Shown here: piece by piece, positions 1-7,690 of the stretch
How the letters are laid out: each line of letters starts with the position of its first letter
Numbering within the stretch: position 1 is the first letter of the stretch
Assembly: GCA_029856435.1 (NCBI GenBank)
Contig: JAHQXB010000025.1
Coordinates: 1 to 18,958, forward strand
Source: Candidatus Jordarchaeia archaeon
GTDB lineage: Archaea; Asgardarchaeota; Jordiarchaeia; Jordiarchaeales; Jordiarchaeaceae
Direction: 5' to 3'
Length of the DNA: 18,958 nt
The notes under the pieces: generated by a model
Told to the model about the DNA's origin: nothing
The model's database searches: none
The model's input: the letters and a program-made list of their open reading frames with translations, nothing else
Made by a program: the position numbers and the translations under genes

Positions 1-396
1 TTCTCCCTCAAAGTACTTTTTAGCGGTTTTTCCTTCATCTTTTGCCAGTTTAACTTTTTCGGCTTTGAGGTTGGGTAGGGCGCCTCCGTCCACAACTATT
101 AGTTTTGGTTCGTCATTGATTAGGAGTTCGAGGGCTTCGAAGGGACAGAGATGAACACAAATTCCACAAAAACTGCATTTCTTTTTGTCAACGAGCACTG
201 CAGGCACGTCGGACAGTTCTTTATCGGCGGCTCCTACCGGTCCTCTTTGAATGGCTTCCTTGGGACAGACGATTATGCATATTCCGCAACCGGTGCACTT
301 TTTTCTGTCAAGTATGAGTTTGGCGTCTACATCTATCATTTTCATTTCGGTTACTATTTTGTCCTTTTCAATTTGTTGACCATAATATGGGAACAT
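1..396 (-). CDS. fwdF: Polyferredoxin, FwdF-like (3' end truncated by window edge; absent from the ORF track)
   Basis: Manual translation from ATG at 396: MFPYYGQQIEKDKIVTEMKMIDVDAKLILDRKKCTGCGICIIVCPKEAI...KCSFCGICVHLCPFEAL...KKYFEGE, open to base 1. Two CxxCxxCxxxCP motifs are visible. GGTGA RBS upstream; lies directly downstream of a FwdG-like gene. Confidence 0.75.
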   Translation of the reverse strand, partial: MFPYYGQQIEKDKIVTEMKMIDVDAKLILDRKKCTGCGICIIVCPKEAIQRGPVGAADKELSDVPAVLVDKKKCSFCGICVHLCPFEALELLINDEPKLIVVDGGALPNLKAEKVKLAKDEGKTAKKYFEGE

Positions 397-403
397 TTCT
401 TTC

Positions 404-664
404 TCACCGTTCCTCAACGAGTTCAAGTTTTAAACTCCTAGTGGAGCAAGCTTCTACACATACTCCGCAGCCATCGCATGCATCGAGATTCACTACCTCA
501 CATTTTCCATTGCGTACACGGAGCGTGTAGAGCTCCTCATTGGGGTTGTTTTCCAGTCTCAGGCGCTCATTTATTGGACAGGCGGTTACACAGTCGCCAC
601 AGCCGTTACATAGTCTAGTTCTTACGTGAATCCGGTAAACGTTTTTGCGAGTTTCAGTTTCCAT
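404..664 (-). CDS. 2x[4Fe-4S] ferredoxin, FwdG-like
   Basis: CNGCGDCVTACP and CDGCGVCVEACS motifs in 86 aa; AGGAGAGG RBS; fwd gene context. Confidence 0.85.
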   Translation of the reverse strand: METETRKNVYRIHVRTRLCNGCGDCVTACPINERLRLENNPNEELYTLRVRNGKCEVVNLDACDGCGVCVEACSTRSLKLELVEER

Positions 665-1117
665 AGGAGTACCTCTCCTTTTTAGGGTTTCTTAGATTTA
701 TGGATTTATTTATTATTTTTTGCTGCCTTAGTGGTTGACATATTTCCGTCAGCCTACCAATAGATGGCAACTATTTATATTAATTTTCAGTCGGAACATT
801 GATTCAAGTTGTTTTTAAATTTATAGCCTTTTTTCTCGATATCAATGCTGTTTTAGTTTCCGATAAGGGTTCAGTAAAAGTTATTAACTTCATGGGAAAT
901 TGCTTCTGGTTTTGTTTCAGGCTCTATTCATGGAAAAAGAGTAGTATGGGAAGATATATAATTTAGATTTAATAAATAAATTTAAAATTACAGAAACAAA
1001 AACGGGTTTAGACCATTAATTCGAATTTTTTATCCCAATTTTTAAATACTGTTTTCAGGCACCTTTTTTAAGTGATACATTTATATTAGGGTAACATTTG
1101 TTTTAGTAGAAGTCAAG

Positions 1118-1375
1118 GTGTTCCACGTGGCAAGAGTAAAAATTGACAAAAAAATATGCCAGGGATGTGGCAATTGTGTAGCAGTATGTCCCTACGGAAT
1201 AGAGAGAAGACTTTATGAAAGCGGGTTCACCTCTTGCCAGGATGGGAACACAGATCAAGCTATCTGTGTAATTAACGGCGTAGCATGCGTAATTAAACCA
1301 GAACTATGCTCTAAATGCAAATATTGGGACTGCGAAAAGGTCTGCCCCAGCGGGGCACTCAAGATTGAAGTGTGA
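1118..1375 (+). CDS. 2x[4Fe-4S] ferredoxin, FwdG-like (true start may be GTG at 1127)
   Basis: CQGCGNCVAVCP and CSKCKYWDCEKVCP motifs; immediately upstream of fwdD and fwdB. Confidence 0.85.
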   Translation: MFHVARVKIDKKICQGCGNCVAVCPYGIERRLYESGFTSCQDGNTDQAICVINGVACVIKPELCSKCKYWDCEKVCPSGALKIEV

Positions 1376-1390
1376 GGAGGAAAAAGAATA

Positions 1391-1792
1391 ATGTCAAAAA
1401 ATAGCTCCATAAAAGCAATTTTGATAACAGGCAGAAGTCTAGACCAAGGCGTAGCCATAGAAAGCGATAAATCTGGAGATATTTACACCAGAGCTTGCGG
1501 AAAGGTCTTCATAGATCCCCAAGACATGAAAAAGCTGAAAATTCTAAGTGGAGACACAGTTTTAGTAAAAACCAAACATGGAGAAGTTGTAGTCAGGGCA
1601 GAAAAGTCACCAGACGCCCCTCACGAAGGAATTGTTTTCATTCCGATGGGCCCCTGGGCAAATCAGGTTGTAAATCCTTACACTGATTCCACAGGCATGC
1701 CTTCCTTTAAAGGGGTTGATGCCACAGTCGAGCCCGCTCCGGGTAAACCTGTTTTGAGCTCAATAGAACTGGCAAGAAAATTTTTGAAGTAA
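1391..1792 (+). CDS. fwdD: Formylmethanofuran dehydrogenase subunit D (molybdopterin-binding domain)
   Basis: LITGRSLDQG, FIPMGPWAN, TGMPSFKGV motifs; GAGGAGG RBS; upstream of fwdB. Confidence 0.92.
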   Translation: MSKNSSIKAILITGRSLDQGVAIESDKSGDIYTRACGKVFIDPQDMKKLKILSGDTVLVKTKHGEVVVRAEKSPDAPHEGIVFIPMGPWANQVVNPYTDSTGMPSFKGVDATVEPAPGKPVLSSIELARKFLK

Positions 1793-1818
1793 TAGAATGA
1801 TTACAGGAGGAACAAGTT

Positions 1819-3132
1819 TTGGCGCGGGAAGTTGTAACTGATGTTGTTTGCCCTTTTTGTGGCTCACTCTGTGATGATGGGGAAATCGTTCTTGAAGATG
1901 GAAAGATAGTTGAGACTAGGAATCTTTGCACTATTGGTACTACCAAGTTTTTGTCGTCTCAGAATGGACACAGGATAACCAAGCCCATGATTAGAGAGAA
2001 GGGCCAACTTAAAGAGACTACTTTTGATAAGGCAGTTAAAAAGGCGGCAGAGATTCTCGTGAACGCTGAAAGGCCGCTTCTTTATGGATGGGCCTCAACC
2101 GAGTGTGACGCCCATCGTGTTGGAATTGAACTGGCGGAGGAGCTCAACGCAGTTATAGACGATACTGCAAGTGTTTGCCACGGCCCTTCAACTATCGCAA
2201 AACAGGAGGTGGGCCTTCCATCCTGTACGTTAGGGCAAGTGAAAAATAGGGCAGACGTTATTATTTATTGGGGATGTAACCCAGCACATGCACACCCCAG
2301 ACATATGTCAAGATATACTACGTTCATTAGGGGCTTTTTCAGAGAACAGGGAAAACAAGATCGAACCTTGATAGTAGTTGATGTGCGCAATACGGATACC
2401 GCTAAGCTTGCAGACCACTTTTTGCAGGTTAAGCCGGGATACGATTATGAGGTTTTAAATGCCCTTAGAGCTGTAATTAAGGGGCAACCTATCCGCGGAG
2501 AAGATGTGGGTGGAGTACCCGTCTCTAAAATTAAAGAGGTAGCCGAAGTAATGATGAATGCGGGGTTTGGAGTCATTTTCTTCGGATTGGGGCTAACCAT
2601 GTCTAGAGGGAAGCATAGAAACGTGGAAAATGCCATTAAACTCACTATTGACTTGAATGAGTACGCCAAGTTTGTGATTATGGCTATGAGAGGACACTAC
2701 AATGTTGCAGGGTTCAGTATCGTCACTGGTTGGCAGACTGGTTATCCCTTTGGAATAGACTTCCAGAGAGGCTTTCCATACTATAATCCAGGTGAAACTA
2801 CCTCTAATGAGATTCTTCAAAGAGAAGAGGCAGACGCCGTGCTCGTTATAGCCTCAGACCCAGTCTCACACTTTCCCGCCAGCAGCATTTCCTACATGGC
2901 CAAACTTCCAGTAATTGTTATTGAGCCCCACGTAACTCCAACTACAGAAATCGCAACAGTAGTTTTACCTCCAGCTATAGCAGGGGTAGAGGAAGAAGGC
3001 ACCGCCTATCGAATGGATCACGTTCCCATTAGATTAAGAAAAGTTGTTGACCCCCCCGAAGGCTGCCTACCTGACAGAAAAATTCTAGAAGCCATCCTAA
3101 GCGAAGTCAGAAAACTCAAAAGTAAAACGTAA
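1819..3132 (+). CDS. fwdB: Formylmethanofuran dehydrogenase subunit B (W/Mo-pterin catalytic subunit, Cys form)
   Basis: CPFCGSLCDD N-terminal cluster motif, SVCHGP metal-ligand motif (TGC, Cys rather than Sec), WGCNPAHAHPRH, MRGHYNVAG; TTG start with AGGAGG RBS. Confidence 0.95.
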   Translation: MAREVVTDVVCPFCGSLCDDGEIVLEDGKIVETRNLCTIGTTKFLSSQNGHRITKPMIREKGQLKETTFDKAVKKAAEILVNAERPLLYGWASTECDAHRVGIELAEELNAVIDDTASVCHGPSTIAKQEVGLPSCTLGQVKNRADVIIYWGCNPAHAHPRHMSRYTTFIRGFFREQGKQDRTLIVVDVRNTDTAKLADHFLQVKPGYDYEVLNALRAVIKGQPIRGEDVGGVPVSKIKEVAEVMMNAGFGVIFFGLGLTMSRGKHRNVENAIKLTIDLNEYAKFVIMAMRGHYNVAGFSIVTGWQTGYPFGIDFQRGFPYYNPGETTSNEILQREEADAVLVIASDPVSHFPASSISYMAKLPVIVIEPHVTPTTEIATVVLPPAIAGVEEEGTAYRMDHVPIRLRKVVDPPEGCLPDRKILEAILSEVRKLKSKT

Positions 3133-3352
3133 AACCCTCTAATTATTTATATAAATTATAAAATATCTCAACATATTTTAAAAAGACTTATTTTTCTTTT
3201 AATCTCTACAATAAACTTCAAGATTCACCTAAAAAAAGCAACTTTTTTGCAAAATAAACTACAGGAAAATTTAGTCGAAGGGGAAAACCAAAAGCGGAGT
3301 ATTACATTGATGAAAGCGTTTCATGTTTTCACCAATAATAGACAAAAAGTAT

Positions 3353-3396
3353 GCTGGGTTTAAAGACCGACAGGAAATAGCACATTCCAACCCAGC
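3353..3396. terminator. Stem-loop between convergent genes (possible terminator or 3' UTR hairpin)
   Basis: GCTGGGTT (3353-3360) / AACCCAGC (3389-3396) perfect 8-bp inverted repeat, 10 nt beyond the stop of the 3407-3883 gene. Confidence 0.35.
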
Positions 3397-3406
3397 GTTA
3401 ACTTAT

Positions 3407-3883
3407 TTATTCTCTTCTGCTACGCATCCTAGCAAAAAGATCCTTTAATTCACCTTGTAGTTGCATTCTGGCGCTCATGGGACCTCCGCCTGCTGGACTT
3501 GGGCTTGACCCTAGGCTGGGACCGGGGCCCGGACTGCGAGCTGTAGTCATTCCCCCTGCTCCTCCGTATGATGGAGCTGGTGTTGGGCGTGGGTAGGGTG
3601 ATGGCTCTCTTCCGGTGGGTTTGTACTCATAGTCCTCTTCTTGTTCGTAGCCTGTAGGGGCTTTTCTTCTTGTATCTATGCTCAAAGAGGACCCGCCGGA
3701 ACGCTGAATATCGTTAATTTTGTTTTCTAAGCTGTTTAGTCTACCCTCTATTCCGTTCATTCTTCCTTCGAGCATATCTACTGCGTTTAGTATTATTTTT
3801 ACTACTCCCGATATGATTTCTGCTAATTCTTTTACCTTTTTATCGTTGGCAAACTCGAGGATCTCGCTAAAATCGTTAGACAT
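3407..3883 (-). CDS. Hypothetical protein: N-terminal coiled coil, Pro/Gly/Ser-rich linker, C-terminal amphipathic helix
   Basis: 158-aa ORF with AGGAG RBS; heptad-like LEGRMNGIEGRLNSLENKINDI; PSPYPRPTPAP and SPGPGPSLGSSPSP; ends SARMQLQGELKDLFARMRSRRE. Confidence 0.8.
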   Translation of the reverse strand: MSNDFSEILEFANDKKVKELAEIISGVVKIILNAVDMLEGRMNGIEGRLNSLENKINDIQRSGGSSLSIDTRRKAPTGYEQEEDYEYKPTGREPSPYPRPTPAPSYGGAGGMTTARSPGPGPSLGSSPSPAGGGPMSARMQLQGELKDLFARMRSRRE

Positions 3884-4181
3884 GCAAAGTCGCTCCTAAG
3901 CTATGAAAATTTTCTTTTTTGCAACATATAAAGGTTTTCACTAAACTGCTATGCACAGTTTGTAAGTTTTTAATGTGCTCTATAATTGATTGAAAAATCT
4001 TCAAAAAGGTCTGCATTATGTTAAAAATTTTTAGAACTTAAAGGTATTTGAAAAAATTGGAGAAATTGTACGAAAGCGTAACAGACAAGCCCATTTGCAA
4101 ATTGAATTGAGAGTCGGTGGGAATAGAAAGAAGGCTATGGAGTAGATTTTACAATTTCCCTTCCTGTTTTTTGGAGTAAAA

Positions 4182-5027
4182 TTATTTAATAGTATTTCCA
4201 TTTTTCTCTTGTTCCATTTTTTTCTGTTTTCCAATTCTGCGAATTCTTCCGCAGAGTTTTTCCCAGTCAACATATATTAGAGCTAGAAATATGATTACCA
4301 GTACTGCTATGCTTGCTACCATTGTTGTTAATCCTGCCTCGCCAGAGAACCATTCAAGTATTGTTTTGCCGAAAAACTCAACATTAGAGAGAGCCTGTGC
4401 ACCATAAGCTATAACGCTGCACATAATGACCTTACCAACGATCGTTGCGATAATAGCCTTTACGTAGGAGTAATCAACAAGGCCCAAGGCTAGCATGAGC
4501 ATATCGTCTGGAAGGGGAGTGGCGGCAAATAGAACAATGAAGGGAAAGCCCCAGCCTCGCTCTATTAGGTTTCCGTATCTGACTAGGCGTTGACCGTAGC
4601 TTGAATCCTTAATTAACTCTTGTCCTCCCCTGCCAATTAGCCAAGCACTGGTTTCGCCAATGGCAGCACCGAGACCAGCACAAAGACCAATAATTAAAGC
4701 ATTGGTCCAAGGCCTAAAAAGCATTAAGAACCATAGAAAAATGACATAGGGCACAGGAAGAATAACAGTTAAATTACCTGCGATACTGACAAGTAAAACT
4801 GCAAAGTATAATCCCATTTCGCCTCCGGGGAAGTAAAGGGTAAACCATATCATCGACCAAGCTAGAGGGTTCTGCCAGAGTGAGAGCATATCAAGGAAGA
4901 ATTGTGGGGGATAAAGGTACCAGACAAGAAAGTTATAGAAAAGGTAGGGAAACGTCATTGGATTTGCTATAAAAAAAAGGGGAGTACTCGCGAAAGCTAG
5001 GTATTTTTTCTTTCCCTCATTAAACAT
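4182..5027 (-). CDS. DedA/VTT-domain (SNARE-associated) membrane protein
   Basis: Hydrophobic 281 aa with PVPY, GLGAAIGETSAWLIGRGG and FAATPLPDD motifs typical of the VTT/DedA family. Confidence 0.85.
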   Translation of the reverse strand: MFNEGKKKYLAFASTPLFFIANPMTFPYLFYNFLVWYLYPPQFFLDMLSLWQNPLAWSMIWFTLYFPGGEMGLYFAVLLVSIAGNLTVILPVPYVIFLWFLMLFRPWTNALIIGLCAGLGAAIGETSAWLIGRGGQELIKDSSYGQRLVRYGNLIERGWGFPFIVLFAATPLPDDMLMLALGLVDYSYVKAIIATIVGKVIMCSVIAYGAQALSNVEFFGKTILEWFSGEAGLTTMVASIAVLVIIFLALIYVDWEKLCGRIRRIGKQKKMEQEKNGNTIK

Positions 5028-5152
5028 TTGATCGAAACCTCATTTCATTGGTTTACCTCTATAAAAGATGTTAAGGCCTAGAGAGGGTGATCAGCTTTAG
5101 ACTATAGAGATTTAGTGTTATTGATTCAACCTTTTTTGGATCTTTGATAAGA

Positions 5153-5311
5153 TTACTCCCAAGTGGCTCCGCATTCCCTGCATTTCCAGTGCTTCTTGTA
5201 GATGGGTGTCTGACCTGCATAGCTGAGGACTTTGCCTTTGTCTTGTTCCTGTTTGATGTTTATGCTACCACATTTAGGGCATTTTACTCTAACAGATCCA
5301 GTTTCTGCCAT
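5153..5311 (-). CDS. Small Zn-ribbon protein, 52 aa (below the ORF-track size cutoff)
   Basis: Manual translation: MAETGSVRVKCPKCGSINIKQEQDKGKVLSYAGQTPIYKKHWKCRECGATWE*. CxxC...CxxC pair; AGGTG RBS 6 nt upstream of ATG. Confidence 0.85.
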   Translation of the reverse strand: MAETGSVRVKCPKCGSINIKQEQDKGKVLSYAGQTPIYKKHWKCRECGATWE

Positions 5312-5514
5312 TTCAAACACCTTTATACTATTTTATGGTTTCCAAAATGGTTACCTTGTTGTTAAATAAATATTACTTAGGTTTAATATATTATTTCTTA
5401 ATACTTATAATCCTTTTTATTTTCGCATTTTTTTGAACGAAAAAATTTTCTGTCAATTTATTTTTACGGTGAAAATGTATTTAAAACACTGTTATTTACA
5501 TGTTAAATCTCCTT

Positions 5515-5798
5515 TTAACCCATTTTTCGCGGATTTGTGAATTCCTTGGTGGGGTTGTGGAGCTTCTCATCACGACACTTCCAGCTTTTGGGAGAATGTG
5601 GATGCGGAATCGGTATAAACGTCGAGGCATCTCCAAAACCGTTTTGAGAAAAGCAAATCGCCAAAATAGCTTCGCGGAATCTGCGAAATATCGGTTTTAA
5701 AGTAATATACTTATAAAGGAATAACCGCAAAACAGAGGAAAACATACATATATATTTCTTCGTAGCAGATGGGGTATCTGAGAAACCTTTTAAAATTT
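5515..5798. repeat. Dispersed hairpin repeat, copy A (MITE-like candidate)
   Basis: Similar to 14225-14495 in three collinear blocks and to 13361-13550 in reverse orientation. Internal inverted repeat 5525-5541 / 5671-5688. Confidence 0.65.
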
Positions 5799-5877
5799 AT
5801 AGCTTCATAAGTAAATCGCTTGTTCGTTTAAAAAATAAGCTTTCAGGATTCTAAAGTAAAAGTGTTGGTGATGGTTC

Positions 5878-6855
5878 GTGGATTTAAAGGCCTACATTCA
5901 AATTACACGGCCCGTCAACTGTTTTATGGGGGGCTTGACTGTACTTTCCGCAGTGCAGGTGGCTAACATTTTCTATAACCTGAATTTACAATTCTTTTGG
6001 TCAAAATTTCCAATTTTTCCACAAAGATTTTTTGAGATTTCCTTTATAGCCTTCTTCGTATACTATTTTATTGCCGCCGCGGGTATGGTCATCAATGACA
6101 TTTTTGACCTTGAAGTTGATAGGATTAACAAACCGAGCCGCCCCCTACCGAGAGGCGCGCTAACTGTTAAACAGGCTTGGATATACACAATAATCCTCTG
6201 GGGGGTGGGAATCGTATTAGCCTTTTTGATTAGTCTAGCTTCAGGAGTACTTGCTTTAATCTTTTCGTGTGTAGGATTATTGTACGCAGCCAAGGTCAAA
6301 GTTTTGGGAATACTGGGAAATTTTGTAGTTGCATTCAGCTTCGCTTTTGGATATCTTTACGGTTCTCTCATCACTTCACTTGAGAGAGGTTTTTGGTGGA
6401 TTCCAACTATGACCTGGCTTTTTTTCATCACCGCCTTTATGGTGTTACAGGGAAGAGAAATTATCAAGGGTATGGAAGACATCGAAGGAGATAAGCTCCG
6501 AGATGTAAAAACAATAGCTCGGGTTTACGGCTTAAAAAGAGCGGGAATTCTCGGAGCCACCTGCAACATTATAGGAATAATTAGTTTTACACTATGTTGG
6601 ATAATAGATATGTTCTTACCATGGTGGGCTCCTAAACTTCTTGGCTTCTGGTTTATTCCGTTCTACTTCTTAGGAGTCGCCGCGGTGGCTGTATCGAGCA
6701 CACTAGTTCTCTGGAAATATGACTCTCAAAAAGCAGCAAAAACATCCAGCTTATTTGACAAAATTGGCGCCCTATTTGGACTCATCGCATTCCTTTTAGG
6801 CCCCTTTACAGCCACCAATATAACAATACACCCATACTTATGGTTTTGGATATAG
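5878..6855 (+). CDS. UbiA-family prenyltransferase, digeranylgeranylglyceryl phosphate (DGGGP) synthase
   Basis: ITRPVNC, INDIFDLEVDRINKPSRPLP and REIIKGMEDIEGD aspartate-rich motifs; multi-TM; GGTGA RBS. Confidence 0.9.
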   Translation: MDLKAYIQITRPVNCFMGGLTVLSAVQVANIFYNLNLQFFWSKFPIFPQRFFEISFIAFFVYYFIAAAGMVINDIFDLEVDRINKPSRPLPRGALTVKQAWIYTIILWGVGIVLAFLISLASGVLALIFSCVGLLYAAKVKVLGILGNFVVAFSFAFGYLYGSLITSLERGFWWIPTMTWLFFITAFMVLQGREIIKGMEDIEGDKLRDVKTIARVYGLKRAGILGATCNIIGIISFTLCWIIDMFLPWWAPKLLGFWFIPFYFLGVAAVAVSSTLVLWKYDSQKAAKTSSLFDKIGALFGLIAFLLGPFTATNITIHPYLWFWI

Positions 6856-6970
6856 AACAGCTAACACATGTTAAAAATATTCAGCAAAAGTTATTAATCA
6901 GGGAACTTCACCCGAAAAGAATCTAACTATTAAATGATCTTGAAAAAAGTTGGAGGATCTATAAACAAGT

Positions 6971-7333
6971 TTATGCCTCAATTTGGCGGCCTTCCAGTTT
7001 TTCTATGGCAGTTTCTATTTGCTTTTTAACATTGGAATTCTTGGCAACTAATTTTAGTGAGGAGAGGTCAACAGCTCCAGCTTCGAAGGCTTCTAAGGCG
7101 ATGGTAAGTTGGGTTAAAGAGCTACAGAGGCCTTTTCGCAGGGTAAAATAGTAGGAAAAGTCTTTGCAGGTTTCCTCAAACTTGTCTAAAGTAATATAGC
7201 AACGGTCAATGTCAGCTATCAAACCTCGAATTTGCTCGGAGGAAATCTCTGCCAAGTTCAATATACTTGTGATTTCTTTATCTAGAATTGACAGTTCCTC
7301 TTTGAGTTGTTTGGCCATATCAGTAGCTACCAT
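6971..7333 (-). CDS. Hypothetical helical protein
   Basis: 120-aa ORF with amphipathic-helix composition, filling the gap between DGGGP synthase and adenine deaminase; no recognisable motif. Confidence 0.65.
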   Translation of the reverse strand: MVATDMAKQLKEELSILDKEITSILNLAEISSEQIRGLIADIDRCYITLDKFEETCKDFSYYFTLRKGLCSSLTQLTIALEAFEAGAVDLSSLKLVAKNSNVKKQIETAIEKLEGRQIEA

Positions 7334-7546
7334 TTGTGGGGCACCATCGCTTATGATTCCGCTCTCTCAACAGATGCATTGTCAGTATTAATAACTATGT
7401 AATAATTAATTATAAATAAATCGATAATCTTTACTAAACATTTTTTTAATTTTCTAATAATTTTAAAAAAATAAAACTGTTAATAAGTATGTAATACTAG
7501 TTGTTAAAATTTTTATTTATTAATATAACAATTAGTTTTAATTAGC

Positions 7547-7578
7547 ATGTTTACTAGTTAAGTAAACATTAAGTAAAC
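7547..7578. promoter_or_regulatory. Candidate operator upstream of adenine deaminase
   Basis: ATGTTTACT-5nt-AGTAAACAT perfect 9-bp inverted repeat (7547-7569), overlapped by a TTAAGTAAAC direct repeat (7558-7567, 7569-7578). AT-rich context lowers significance. Confidence 0.3.
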
Positions 7579-7690
7579 GTATATTTCATACCTTATTAGA
7601 AATCCAAGAAAAAGTATGAAAATAGAGGATTCCTGCCTCAAAAGAACATCCCAAATGGGTAATATTTCGCAGTAAACTAGAAGTTTTAAG

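Noticed and set aside
151-441. ORF 151-441 (+)
   Set aside because: Antisense shadow of the FwdF-like gene, which has clear Fe-S motifs on the minus strand.
1118-1130. GTGTTYCACGTGG at the annotated starts of both the FwdG-like gene and proS (18772-18784)
   Set aside because: A single 12/13 match overlapping RBS and start-codon sequence; most likely coincidence.
1819-3400. Selenocysteine or SECIS in fwdB
   Set aside because: The ligand codon is TGC (Cys) and there is no in-frame TGA, so the downstream hairpin need not be a SECIS.
3390-3402. 13-bp match ACCCAGCGTTAAC also at 10489-10501
   Set aside because: A few exact 13-mer matches are expected by chance in a 19-kb window, and the match does not extend.
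5144-5365. ORF 5144-5365 (+)
   Set aside because: Antisense to the real 52-aa Zn-ribbon gene.
5500-5745. ORFs 5500-5700 (+) and 5515-5745 (-), the latter ending RKMG*
   Set aside because: They lie inside repeat copy A. The equivalent frame in copy B has a stop about 27 codons upstream, so conservation is at the nucleotide level. Not supportable as a transposase fragment without a database search.
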